Shown here: piece after piece, positions 18,963 through 28,046 of the stretch | How positions within the stretch are numbered: position 1 is the first letter of the stretch | Layout: each line of letters begins with the position of its first letter | Assembly (NCBI GenBank): GCA_965248835.1 | Contig: CBDFLJ010000001.1 | Location: forward strand, 512,001 to 576,000 | DNA: 64,000 bases | Direction: 5' to 3' | Origin: Alphaproteobacteria bacterium | Lineage (GTDB): Bacteria > Pseudomonadota > Alphaproteobacteria > MPNO01 | Position numbers and translations under genes: made by a program | The notes under the pieces: model-generated | The model's input: the letters and a program-made list of their open reading frames with translations, nothing else | What the model was told of the DNA's origin: nothing | Databases searched by the model: none

Positions 18963-19817
18963 CTAGCTGCGGAACTCCTGGATGTCGGGCTTGGCGCCCC
19001 ACATGCAGAAGGACATGTCCTCGAACGGGAATTGGCGCGGCCGGTAGTCCGCGTCTTCGATCAAGCGTACGCCTTGGGAATACTCGTAGACCATGCCGTC
19101 GGGCCCCTCGAAATAGAGGAACCGCGCGCCGGAGCTCGGATGGCGGCCGGGCCCGAAGACGATGCGCACCTGGCGCTCGCTCAGGAAATAATGCGAGCGC
19201 ATGATGTCATCGACCGTCTCGACCTGGAAGTTGATGTGCTGCACCCCGGGGCCGTCGGCGGGGAACAGCGCCAACCTGTGGTGGACCTTGTCGAAGGACA
19301 GCAGCGCCGCGGTGCCGATCCAGTCGTTGGCCCGGACGTTGAACAGCCCGGTCCAGAACGCCTCGTCGCGCGGCGCATCCGAAGTCCTGAGCCCAACATG
19401 GGAGAATTCCTGAATGCCGGCATCGCGGCTCGGGAAATAGCGTTTTCCGCTGTGATAGGGGCGCAGCACGACATCGATGCTGTTGCCGGTCGGGTCGCGA
19501 AAATTTATGTAGTCGAGCACGCGCCGCGCGGCCGCGCCCTCGGCCGTTCCACGGTTCACGGTCACGCCGGCGGCCTCGAGTTCGGCTGCGGCGTCGTCGA
19601 GCGAGGCCTCGGAATCGAGCTCGAACCCCAGCGTGTGATCCCCCGGGTCGCCGGTGAAGTAGCAGATGTTGTGATCGCGGTCGTCGCCGCGCAGATAGGC
19701 CACCCGGTCGTCGCGCCGGACCAGCTCCAACCCGAGGATCTCACGGCCGTAGGCCACCGCGGCGTCGAGGTCGCCCGTGCCCATGCGCACATAGCGGATT
19801 TCGACCAGCCTGATCAT
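18963..19817 (-). CDS. VOC-family extradiol dioxygenase, CmtC/DhbA-like
   Basis: IRYVRMGT, FSHVG, HHRLAL, QHINFQV, GPGRHPSSG, FLYFEGPDGMVYEYS. Confidence 0.8.
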   Translation of the reverse strand: MIRLVEIRYVRMGTGDLDAAVAYGREILGLELVRRDDRVAYLRGDDRDHNICYFTGDPGDHTLGFELDSEASLDDAAAELEAAGVTVNRGTAEGAAARRVLDYINFRDPTGNSIDVVLRPYHSGKRYFPSRDAGIQEFSHVGLRTSDAPRDEAFWTGLFNVRANDWIGTAALLSFDKVHHRLALFPADGPGVQHINFQVETVDDIMRSHYFLSERQVRIVFGPGRHPSSGARFLYFEGPDGMVYEYSQGVRLIEDADYRPRQFPFEDMSFCMWGAKPDIQEFRS

Positions 19818-19992
19818 ATTGTCCTCCCGGATCGCGAGACGCTGAAGAGGATGCAAATCCGCCAGCATGATACCCGCCCGCCCGCCCCGTTCAAAGGGTT
19901 GAAGGGCCGGGACCCGCGCGCGAGGACCGGCAAAGCCGATTGAGCCTGGATGGGTTGGCCGGGCGGAAATAGCCCAGCGGGAATCGCCGCCC

Positions 19993-21129
19993 CTAAACCA
20001 GGCGGATCACCTCGCCCGAAGCCTCCTTGCCATAGCGTTGCAGGAAGCCGAGCTTGGCCAGCGTCGGCTCGTCGCTGACCACGAACAGGATCGCGTCTTC
20101 CTCGTCGGAGCCGTTGACGTGCTCGAACCATTCCCCGCCGGGGACGGCGATCGCATCGAAACGGTCCCATTCCAGCGTCTTGCCGCCGATGATCGAGCGT
20201 CCGCTCCCGTGGAAGGGGAAACAGACCAGCGATGCGTTCTGCCGCTGCGGCCTGGTTCTCTCGCCCGGGCGCAGCATCTGGCCGAAGAAGGCCATCGTCG
20301 GATAGGGCGGCTGTCCGGTGGTCGGATCGGTGTATTCAACCGTGATCGCGTCATAGGGGCTGCCCTCGTGATCGCGGAACCGCTCCAGCAGTTCGCGGGT
20401 CCTCTCCCATCGATAGACATACATCGGCGAGGCGCGGCCGGATCCGCGGCTGTGGTCGACGAAGCGCGGCATGAGCCCGCCCTGGCCGTAGACCCGGGTC
20501 GAATAATCATCGCCGTAGCGGAGGGTCTGCTCGCGCTTGCGCACCCCGTCCTCGGCGTAGTCGTGCTCGAAGCGCGCCGCGTTCAATATCTCGGACAGCG
20601 GCAGGTCCAGCACGCTGACATTGACCGCGAAATCATCGCCGTGGTTGCCGTGGTTGTGCCAGGCGTCCGCCGGCGTCAGCACCAGATCGCCCGGCCCGAA
20701 GATGATGTTCTCGCCCTCGACGCCGGTGAAGTTGTTGGCCCCCGTCAGCCCGATGCGCACGGCGTTGATGCTGTGGCGGTGCGGCGGCATGACCTCGCGC
20801 GGATCGTTCAGCCGATAAGCGGTATAAAGGGTGGAGACCGTCGCGCGGACCGGCGCCATGCCCGGGTTGACCAGAACCACAGAACGGCGCTCGGAGTCCT
20901 CCATCGAGACAAGCTCGGCCGACTCGTAGAGGATCGGCTCGATGTCGCGGTACTTCCACACGTAAGGCTGCGCCTTGCGTGCCTTGAGGATCTGGGCGTC
21001 CTCGTCGTGGTCGGCTTCGGTCTCGACCGCCCAGTAGGGCGCCATGTCGAGCGCATCAAGCCTGCTGTAAAGAGCCTCCAGCCGCGCCCCGCGGTTGGAC
21101 CCGCCCGGTTCCGGATCGAGGCTTGCCAT
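19993..21129 (-). CDS. Gentisate 1,2-dioxygenase-like bicupin
   Basis: SERRSVVLVNPG, PHRH, GDLVLTP, WHNHGN, EYTDPTTG, VSDEP. Confidence 0.85.
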   Translation of the reverse strand: MASLDPEPGGSNRGARLEALYSRLDALDMAPYWAVETEADHDEDAQILKARKAQPYVWKYRDIEPILYESAELVSMEDSERRSVVLVNPGMAPVRATVSTLYTAYRLNDPREVMPPHRHSINAVRIGLTGANNFTGVEGENIIFGPGDLVLTPADAWHNHGNHGDDFAVNVSVLDLPLSEILNAARFEHDYAEDGVRKREQTLRYGDDYSTRVYGQGGLMPRFVDHSRGSGRASPMYVYRWERTRELLERFRDHEGSPYDAITVEYTDPTTGQPPYPTMAFFGQMLRPGERTRPQRQNASLVCFPFHGSGRSIIGGKTLEWDRFDAIAVPGGEWFEHVNGSDEEDAILFVVSDEPTLAKLGFLQRYGKEASGEVIRLV

Positions 21130-21203
21130 CAATGGTCTCCGTGATCGCCGCTGCCGTTTCGCCGAGACTACCATGCCCAGCACGCTTTTGCCCGGCGAAG
21201 CGC

Positions 21204-21659
21204 TCAGCTCTCGTCGAGCGGGCTCAGCCGGGTCGAAGGCGCGAACTGGTCCTCCAGCCGGTTGGCGTGGCGGTGGATCAGCCGCCACTCGCCCGCCAGC
21301 AAGCGGAAGACATGGGTGACCCGGTTGGACCACCGGGTCGGCCGCTCCATGCCGTCCATCCGGACCTCGAAGGTCTCGATGTCGGTGGTGTAGGCAAGTT
21401 CCTGCGTGACCACCTTGGTCAGGAGCTGGTGGCTTACCGTGCCGCCCTTGAACTGCCGGCCGGCCCAGTCCCAGCGCGCGGAGACCGCCTGCCAGCCCTT
21501 CTCGTAGCCGCCCCAGCCGTAGAAGCTGGTCGCCTCCTCGGTCCGGGCGTACAGCGCCTTGATCGCCGCGACGTCGCCGTTGGCGACATCGGCGAGCGCG
21601 GCGCGCAGCCTGGCCAGGGCGTCGTCGAAGGCCGGCTGCCGGGGAATGTCGTCTGCCAT
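21204..21659 (-). CDS. SnoaL-like / NTF2-family protein
   Basis: GWGGYEKGW, RVTHVFR...GEWRLIHRH. Confidence 0.8.
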   Translation of the reverse strand: MADDIPRQPAFDDALARLRAALADVANGDVAAIKALYARTEEATSFYGWGGYEKGWQAVSARWDWAGRQFKGGTVSHQLLTKVVTQELAYTTDIETFEVRMDGMERPTRWSNRVTHVFRLLAGEWRLIHRHANRLEDQFAPSTRLSPLDES

Positions 21660-21725
21660 GGACCCAGCTTGGCGGGGCCTCGACCGGCGGTCAAACCGAT
21701 GCTGCGGATGGAACGGACCGGACCA

Positions 21726-22700
21726 TCAGTCGTTGTGGCGCTTGGCGCGCGTGGCCTCGAACTCGCTGAGCGGCGGTGACAGGTAGCGGCGCAGATCCGA
21801 GACGTCGACCGGCGGCACGTCGCCGATCGGGCGGTCGCCGCGGATCGTGATCCGGTCGAGCTTGCGGCGCTGGGGGTAGTAGTCGTGGAGCGCCGAATGC
21901 TGGACCGAGCGGTTGTCCCAGAACACCACCATGCCCGGCTTCCAACGGTGGCGGTAGTGGTATTCGTGGCGCAGCGTCCGCTGGTAGAGGAAGTCGAGGA
22001 TCATCTTGTTCTCGCCCTCGTCCATCCCCTTGATATGGAGCGTGAAGGAGCGGTTGACATAGATCGCCTTGCGTCCGGTCACCGGGTGGACGCGCACCAC
22101 CGGGTGGGCCATCAGCGGATAGATCTTCTCGAAATGGCGCAGGCGGTCCTTGCCGCGCTCGCTCTGCGAGAACAGCTTCTTGAACGCCATGAAGTCGTGG
22201 ACCGCTTCGAGGCCAGACAGGAAACGCTGCATCCGGTCGGACAGACCGTCATAGAGCGCACTCATGCTGCAGAACGCGGTATCCCCGCCGGGCGAGGGAA
22301 TGATCTTGGCGCACAGGATCGTGCCCATCGGCGGACATTCGCGGAACGTCTCGTCGGAATGCCAGATGTCGGTCGACGGCGGCGGATTGCCTTCCTTGTT
22401 GTCGAAGACGATCAGTTCCGGGATGTCTTCGTCGTTGGTCGAGAACGGATGGACCGTCAATTCGCCGAACTGCCTGCCGAAGGCGACGAGCTGTTCGGAG
22501 GTAATGTGCTGATCCGGGAACACCACGACGCCGTGCTCGGCATGGGCGGCCGTGATCGCCTCGACGGTCGGCCTGTCGAGCGGCCGGCTGAGGTCGACCC
22601 CGGTGATCTCCGCGCCGCAGAATACGCCCAGCGGCTCGATCGAGAGCGCCGCCTGATCCGCTGATACGCCTTCCGAGGCAAGGGGTGCAATTTCCGCCAT
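21726..22700 (-). CDS. TauD/TfdA-family dioxygenase (second paralog)
   Basis: WHSDETF, GGDTAF, HPVVRVHPVTGRK, WDNRSVQH. Confidence 0.92.
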   Translation of the reverse strand: MAEIAPLASEGVSADQAALSIEPLGVFCGAEITGVDLSRPLDRPTVEAITAAHAEHGVVVFPDQHITSEQLVAFGRQFGELTVHPFSTNDEDIPELIVFDNKEGNPPPSTDIWHSDETFRECPPMGTILCAKIIPSPGGDTAFCSMSALYDGLSDRMQRFLSGLEAVHDFMAFKKLFSQSERGKDRLRHFEKIYPLMAHPVVRVHPVTGRKAIYVNRSFTLHIKGMDEGENKMILDFLYQRTLRHEYHYRHRWKPGMVVFWDNRSVQHSALHDYYPQRRKLDRITIRGDRPIGDVPPVDVSDLRRYLSPPLSEFEATRAKRHND

Positions 22701-22788
22701 GAGCGCAGCCTTTCCGCGAAGTTCCGGTTGAATGGTCGGCGCCGAGCCTATCACGGATGGATCGGCTGCCAAAGGCCGCGTGCGGCGG

Positions 22789-23610
22789 TCACACCGCCCA
22801 ATCGTGGCGGTCGATGCAGGTGGCCACGACCTCGTCCGGATCGCGCCGCCACCAGTCGTAGCTCGAGAAGATCTCGACCTCGTTGAAGCCGTTGAACCCC
22901 GCGCGCTGGACCCAGCGGCGGATCTTGGGGATATCGACGACGCCGTCGCCCATCATGCCGCGGTCGAACACCAAATCGCGGGTGTTGCGCAGCCAGTCGT
23001 TGACGTGGAAGGCCAGAATCCGGCCGGCCGCGCGCCTGATCTCGGCTTCCAACGCGGGGTCCCACCAGACGTGGTAGATGTCCACGGCGATTCCGATGCC
23101 CTCGCCCAGGGCCTCGCACATGTCGTTGGCCTGGGCCAGCGTGGACACGCAGCCGCGGTCCGCGCACGTCATCGGGTGCATCGGCTCGATCGCCAGCTTC
23201 ATCCCGGCGGCGCGTGCCTCGGGCAGCAGGACCGTGAGCGCGTCCATGACCTGGGCCCGCGCGCCGGCGAGGTCCTTGGAGCCTTCCGGCACACCGCCGG
23301 CGACCAGGATCACGCAGGCCGCCTTGACCGCCACGGCCTGGTCGATTGCCGCGCGGTTGTCGTCGATCGCGCATTGCCGGCCGGCCGCGTCGATCGCCGG
23401 GAACAGTCCGCCCCGGCACAGGCCGGTGACCGTCATGCCGTGGTCATCGAGGATCCGTGCCGCTTCGGCCACGCCGCATTCGGCAAGCTTGTCACGCCAC
23501 AGCGCAATGCCGCGCACGCCGTGGCGCGCATAGCCTTCGACCGCCTCGCGCAGGGTCCACTGATCGCGGGTGGTGATCTGGTTGATCGAAAGCTTCTCGA
23601 TGCCCGGCAT
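22789..23610 (-). CDS. Sugar phosphate isomerase/epimerase (xylose isomerase-like TIM barrel)
   Basis: LSINQIT, GLCRGG, AIEPMHP, DIYHVWWD, FHVNDW, RGMMGDG, EVEIF. Confidence 0.88.
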   Translation of the reverse strand: MPGIEKLSINQITTRDQWTLREAVEGYARHGVRGIALWRDKLAECGVAEAARILDDHGMTVTGLCRGGLFPAIDAAGRQCAIDDNRAAIDQAVAVKAACVILVAGGVPEGSKDLAGARAQVMDALTVLLPEARAAGMKLAIEPMHPMTCADRGCVSTLAQANDMCEALGEGIGIAVDIYHVWWDPALEAEIRRAAGRILAFHVNDWLRNTRDLVFDRGMMGDGVVDIPKIRRWVQRAGFNGFNEVEIFSSYDWWRRDPDEVVATCIDRHDWAV

Positions 23611-24776
23611 CAGGCGGCGATCCCATGGACCGCCATGACCGAGCGCATGCGGCTTGCCGCGCGGTCGGCGTCGGACAGGAGACCGGCGCGGTCGGCCAGG
23701 CGGAACAGCTCGGCAAGGTGGACCGCGGAGCGGGCGCTCTGCTGGCCGCCGATCATGGTGAAATGGTCCTGCAACCCGTTGAGATAGGCCATGAACACCA
23801 CGCCGGTCTTGTAGAACCGGGTCGGCGCCCTGAAGATGTGGCGCGACAGCGCAACGGTGGGCGCCAGGATCTCGTGGAAGTCCTCCCTGCGGTTTCCGGA
23901 CAAGGCGGCCAGCGCGGCCGAGGCCGCCGGCGCGATGGCATCGAAGATCCCCAGGAGCGCGTCGCTGTAGCCCTGCTCGTCGCCCTCGATCAGCTCGGGG
24001 TAGTTGAAGTCGTCGCCGGTATACATGCGAACGCCCGCAGGCAACCGGCGGCGCATCGCGATTTCCTTGTCCTTGTCCAGGAGCGAGACCTTGACGCCGT
24101 CGATCTTGTCCGCATTGGCCTCGATCACCTGCAGGCAGACATCCATCGCCGGCCAGTGGTCGTCATGGCCCCAATAGCCGGCAAGCGCCGGATCGAACAT
24201 CTCGCCCAGCCAGTGGATGATCACCGGCTCGGCGACCTGCGACAGGATGCGGTCGTAGACGGTCAAGTAGTCCTCGGGCCCCTTGGCCACGGCGGCGAGC
24301 GCACGCGAGGCCATCAGGATGATCCGCCCGCCCAGGCCCTCGACCGCCGCGCATTGGCTCGCATAGGCCGCGATTACGTCCTCGATCGTCAACGCCGGGT
24401 CTGGGGCGATGTGGTCGGTGCCGGCGCCCGAAGCGACCACCGCGCCCGGGATCGCCCGGCTTTCGGCGACCGAGCGCCGGATCAGCTCGAGCGAGGTGGG
24501 CCAGTCGAGCCCCATGCCGCGCTGGGCGGTGTCCATCGCCTCGGCGACGCCGAGCCCGAGCCGCCAGAGGTGGTGGCGAAAGGCCAGCGTCGCCTCCCAG
24601 TCGATCGGCGCGTCGAGCCACGGGTCGGCGTCGGCGCGCGGATCGGCCACAACATGCGCTGCGGCATAGGCGATGCGGTTGAACGTTCGGTCCGATGGCG
24701 GCTCGATCTCGCGCGGGCCGGCCATCGCGAAGCGCTCGATGATGCCGGCTTCGGTCGGCAGGTCCAGGCTCGGCAT
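23610..24776 (-). CDS. DUF993 / dihydrodipicolinate synthase-like protein
   Basis: RIAYAAAHVVAD, AEAMDTAQRGMG, HWLGEMFDPAL, KVSLLD, YTGDDFNY, YKTG. Confidence 0.85.
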   Translation of the reverse strand: MPSLDLPTEAGIIERFAMAGPREIEPPSDRTFNRIAYAAAHVVADPRADADPWLDAPIDWEATLAFRHHLWRLGLGVAEAMDTAQRGMGLDWPTSLELIRRSVAESRAIPGAVVASGAGTDHIAPDPALTIEDVIAAYASQCAAVEGLGGRIILMASRALAAVAKGPEDYLTVYDRILSQVAEPVIIHWLGEMFDPALAGYWGHDDHWPAMDVCLQVIEANADKIDGVKVSLLDKDKEIAMRRRLPAGVRMYTGDDFNYPELIEGDEQGYSDALLGIFDAIAPAASAALAALSGNRREDFHEILAPTVALSRHIFRAPTRFYKTGVVFMAYLNGLQDHFTMIGGQQSARSAVHLAELFRLADRAGLLSDADRAASRMRSVMAVHGIAA

Positions 24777-24778
24777 GA

Positions 24779-25930
24779 TCAGCCCTCCAATGACGGGATG
24801 TCGATCCAGCGGCTCTCGGCCCAACTCTGCATCGCGCACTCGGCAAGCTGGACGCCCTTGGCCCCCTCCAGCAGGGTCCAGGTGAAGTCGGTGTCGCCGT
24901 AGAGCGCGCGGATGAACAACTCCCACTCGGTCTTGAAACCATTCTCGAAGCTCTCCTCGGCGGCGTATTCGCGCCAGGTGCCGAAGAAGTCGATCGTCTG
25001 CGGCTCGTCGGGGTTCCATACCGGGGACGGCGTGGCATCCCGGTCCTGGACGTAGCAGCGGGTGAGGCCGCAGACCGCAGCTCCCAGGACGCCGTCGGCA
25101 TGGAAGGTCACCAGGTCGTCCTTGCGAACCCGCGTGCACCAGCTTGCGAAGATCTGGGCCGTGGCGCCGCCTTCCAGCTCGACCATCGCGTAGGAGGCAT
25201 CATCGGCATCGGCGGCATACGGCTTGCCGTCCTCGTCCCAGCGCTTGTCGAAGTTTACCGCGCCCTTGCAGACCACGCGGCGCACCTTGCCGAAAACGTT
25301 GTCGAGCACGTAACGCCAATGCGGCATCATGTCGAGGATGACCCCGCCGCCGTCGGCCTTGCGGTAGTTCCAGCTCGGCCGCTGGGCGGGGCGCCAGTCG
25401 CCCTCGAAGACCCAATAGCCGAAATCGATCTTGACCGACAGAAGGCGGCCGAGGACGCCGTCATCGATCAGCCGCTTCATCTTGAGCAGGCCGGGCAGGA
25501 AGATCTTGTCCTGGACCACGCCGTGCCTGACGCCCGCCGCTTCCGCCCGGCGCCAGACGTCGAGCGCGTCGGCCAGGGTGTCCGCGACCGGCTTTTCGCA
25601 ATAGATATCCTTGCCCGCGTCGATCGCCTTGCGCAGCAGCCCGGCGCGCAGGTTGGTGCTCGCGGCATCGAAGAACAGCGGGTAGTCGGGATCGGCGATG
25701 GCGCCGTCGAGGTCCGTAGTCCATTTCTCCAGCCCATGGGCGGCGGCAAGGGCTGCGAGCTTGTCCTCGTTGCGGCCGACCAGCAACGGATCGGGCATGA
25801 TGCGCCGTCCGTCGGACAGCGCGAGCCCTCCTTCCTCGCGGATCCTGAGGATCGACCGGATCAGGTGCTGGTTGGTCCCCATCCGGCCGGTCACGCCGTT
25901 CATCGCAATGCCGAGCCGTTCCTGTGCCAT
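24779..25930 (-). CDS. Gfo/Idh/MocA-family oxidoreductase
   Basis: MNGVTGRMG, YCEKP, VQDKIFLPG, FGYWVFEG, GGVILDM. Confidence 0.9.
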   Translation of the reverse strand: MAQERLGIAMNGVTGRMGTNQHLIRSILRIREEGGLALSDGRRIMPDPLLVGRNEDKLAALAAAHGLEKWTTDLDGAIADPDYPLFFDAASTNLRAGLLRKAIDAGKDIYCEKPVADTLADALDVWRRAEAAGVRHGVVQDKIFLPGLLKMKRLIDDGVLGRLLSVKIDFGYWVFEGDWRPAQRPSWNYRKADGGGVILDMMPHWRYVLDNVFGKVRRVVCKGAVNFDKRWDEDGKPYAADADDASYAMVELEGGATAQIFASWCTRVRKDDLVTFHADGVLGAAVCGLTRCYVQDRDATPSPVWNPDEPQTIDFFGTWREYAAEESFENGFKTEWELFIRALYGDTDFTWTLLEGAKGVQLAECAMQSWAESRWIDIPSLEG

Positions 25931-26014
25931 CGCGCGCTCCCGCCTGTCGCCGGAGAAAGCATCGCCGATAGGCCGGGCCAGATCAAACCCGCCGGTTTGC
26001 GCTAGAATGGCGCC

Positions 26015-26110
26015 ATGAGCGAGACCGGCCGGATCTCCGAAATCCCCGTAGAGGCGGCGATCGATCATGCCCCGGCGCCGGTGCCCGCCACGGCGGGCGG
26101 GCCCCGATAG
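26015..26110 (+). other. Candidate leaderless 31-aa mini-ORF or gene remnant
   Basis: TAGAAT at 26003-26008 lies 6 nt before the ATG; MSETGRISEIPVEAAIDHAPAPVPATAGGPR*. Confidence 0.3.
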
Positions 26111-26119
26111 GGGGGGCCG

Positions 26120-27238
26120 GTGTCCGCCCTCGAACGGATCGAGTGTGCGGTGATCGGCGCCGGTGTCGTCGGGCTCGCGGTGGCCCGGCGGCTCGCCCGG
26201 GCCGGGATCGAAGTGGTCGTGCTCGAGGCCGCGGAGACGATCGGCAGCGAGACCAGCTCACGCAATTCCGAGGTGATCCACGCCGGCATCTACTATCCCA
26301 AGGACAGCCTGAAGGCGCGCTCGTGTATCGCCGGCAAGGAGGCGCTCTACCCGTACTGCGAGGACCACGGTGTCGGCCATCGCCGCTGCGGCAAGATCAT
26401 CGTGGCCACCGAGGACTCCCAGCTCGCCGAGCTTGCGGCGCTCAAGGATAGGGCCGCCAACAACGGGGTCACGGACCTGCAATGGCTGAGCACGGCCGAG
26501 GTCGCCGAACTGGAACCGGCGGTCTTCTGCGTCGGGGCGCTTCTGTCGCCGTCGACCGGGATCATCGATTCACACGGCCTGATGCTCGCCTATCAGGGCG
26601 ATGCGGAAGCCGCCGGCGCGGTGATCGCCTTCCATGCGCCGGTGCACAGCGCGCGGATCGCCGATGACGGGATCGTGCTCGATGTCGCCGGGGTCGAGCC
26701 GATGGCGATCAAGGCCGACCGGGTGGTCAACGCGGCGGGGCTGTCGGCCCAGGCGTTGGCCCGGAAGATGGCGGGACTGCCGAAACAGACCGTCCCGAAG
26801 GACTATCTCTGCAAGGGCAACTACTACACGCTCGCCGGCCGGCCGCCGTTCACCCGGCCGATCTATCCGGTGCCCGAGAAGGCGGGCCTGGGCGTCCACG
26901 TGACCGTCGACCTCGCCGGCCAGGTTCGCTTCGGCCCCGATGTCGAATGGATCGACGAGATCGACTACGATGTCGATCCCGGCCGGGCCGATGCGTTCTA
27001 CGAAGCGGTGCGGCGCTACTACCCGGCCCTTGCCGACGGCGCGATCCAGCCCGGATATGCCGGTATCAGGCCCAAGCTCCAGGCACCGGGTGAACCGGCC
27101 GCGGACTTCATGGTCCAGGGCCCTTCGGTGCACGGCATCGACGGGCTGGTGCATCTTTACGGCATCGAATCGCCGGGCCTGACCGCCTCGCTGGCCCTCG
27201 CCGACCGAGTCGCCGAGGAGCTTTCCGCGGGGTCTTGA
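26120..27238 (+). CDS. FAD-dependent oxidoreductase, L-2-hydroxyglutarate oxidase (LhgO) family
   Basis: [47 protein letters not shown]. Confidence 0.88.
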   Translation: MSALERIECAVIGAGVVGLAVARRLARAGIEVVVLEAAETIGSETSSRNSEVIHAGIYYPKDSLKARSCIAGKEALYPYCEDHGVGHRRCGKIIVATEDSQLAELAALKDRAANNGVTDLQWLSTAEVAELEPAVFCVGALLSPSTGIIDSHGLMLAYQGDAEAAGAVIAFHAPVHSARIADDGIVLDVAGVEPMAIKADRVVNAAGLSAQALARKMAGLPKQTVPKDYLCKGNYYTLAGRPPFTRPIYPVPEKAGLGVHVTVDLAGQVRFGPDVEWIDEIDYDVDPGRADAFYEAVRRYYPALADGAIQPGYAGIRPKLQAPGEPAADFMVQGPSVHGIDGLVHLYGIESPGLTASLALADRVAEELSAGS

Positions 27239-27264
27239 ATCGCCGTCGACCCGTCCCAAATATA
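27234..27264 (+). promoter_or_regulatory. RpoH (sigma-32) heat-shock promoter
   Basis: CTTGAA-N15-CCCAAATAT about 100 nt upstream of the small heat-shock gene. Confidence 0.75.
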
Positions 27265-27267
27265 TCC

Positions 27268-27365
27268 CGTCGGGTGCCGTTGAGCGGACCCGGCAGACCG
27301 GTCGACCCGTTTGGGTGGCCACCGATCCTACGGATTGCTCACACTCAAGGAGGACTGTAGCCATG
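27268..27365 (+). ncRNA. ROSE-like RNA thermometer in the 5' UTR
   Basis: TTGCTC (27335-40) pairs with SD GAGGA (27350-54) with a bulged G, closed by CTACGG/CTGTAG; additional upstream hairpins. Confidence 0.65.
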
Positions 27366-27821
27366 CGTGACTTCGACTTCTCCCCTCTTTTCCGTTCCGC
27401 CATCGGCTTCGACAGGCTGCCGAGTCTCGTGGACTCGGCGCTGCGCGGCAGCGTGGCGGCGGACGCCTATCCGCCCTACAACATCCAGAAGGTCGCCGAG
27501 GACGCCTACTGCGTGAGCATCGCGGTTGCGGGTTTCGCCGAGGCCGACCTCTCGGTCGAGGTGCGCGACGGCGTGCTCGTGGTCACCGGACAGCGCAAGG
27601 GGGCCGATGAGGGCGTGTCCTACCTGCATCGCGGCATCGCCGGGCGCTCTTTCGTGCGCCGCTTCCAGCTCGCCGAGCATGTCGAGGTGCGCAATGCCGC
27701 GCTCGCCGACGGCATGCTGACCATCAACCTGGTGCGCGAGGTGCCTGAGGCCCTCAAGCCGCGCACGATCGAGATCCGCAGCACGGCGCCGACGGCGATC
27801 GGAGCCCCGAAGGCGGCCTGA
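27363..27821 (+). CDS. ibpA: Small heat-shock protein Hsp20
   Basis: DFSPLFRSAIGFDRL, YPPYNI, AVAGF, YLHRGIA, REVPEALKPR. Confidence 0.93.
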   Translation: MRDFDFSPLFRSAIGFDRLPSLVDSALRGSVAADAYPPYNIQKVAEDAYCVSIAVAGFAEADLSVEVRDGVLVVTGQRKGADEGVSYLHRGIAGRSFVRRFQLAEHVEVRNAALADGMLTINLVREVPEALKPRTIEIRSTAPTAIGAPKAA

Positions 27822-27844
27822 GCGCGGGATCATCGACGTAAACC

Positions 27845-27873
27845 GGGGCCGGGCGGGACCACCGCCCGGCCCC
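27845..27873 (+). terminator. Stem-loop downstream of ibpA
   Basis: GGGGCCGGGCGG-gacca-CCGCCCGGCCCC, perfect 12-bp stem; no clear U tract. Confidence 0.5.
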
Positions 27874-27921
27874 AACGCCGTCACATAAGTGCGGAATCGG
27901 GACCGGAGACATAATCGGATC

Positions 27922-27950
27922 TTGACAAATCGGCCATCGAAAACAAGTTT
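27922..27950 (+). promoter_or_regulatory. Candidate sigma-70 promoter for the ABC operon
   Basis: Perfect TTGACA followed by an A/T-rich, weak -10 (CAAGTT/AAGTTT). Confidence 0.4.
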
Positions 27951-28046
27951 CCCGCGGCCCATGACGAAGGCCGCGCCGGCGCAGGCGGGATCGCGGCTTT
28001 CGCGCCACGGCTGCCGAACGGAATCGCTGCGGGGAGGTGATATCTG

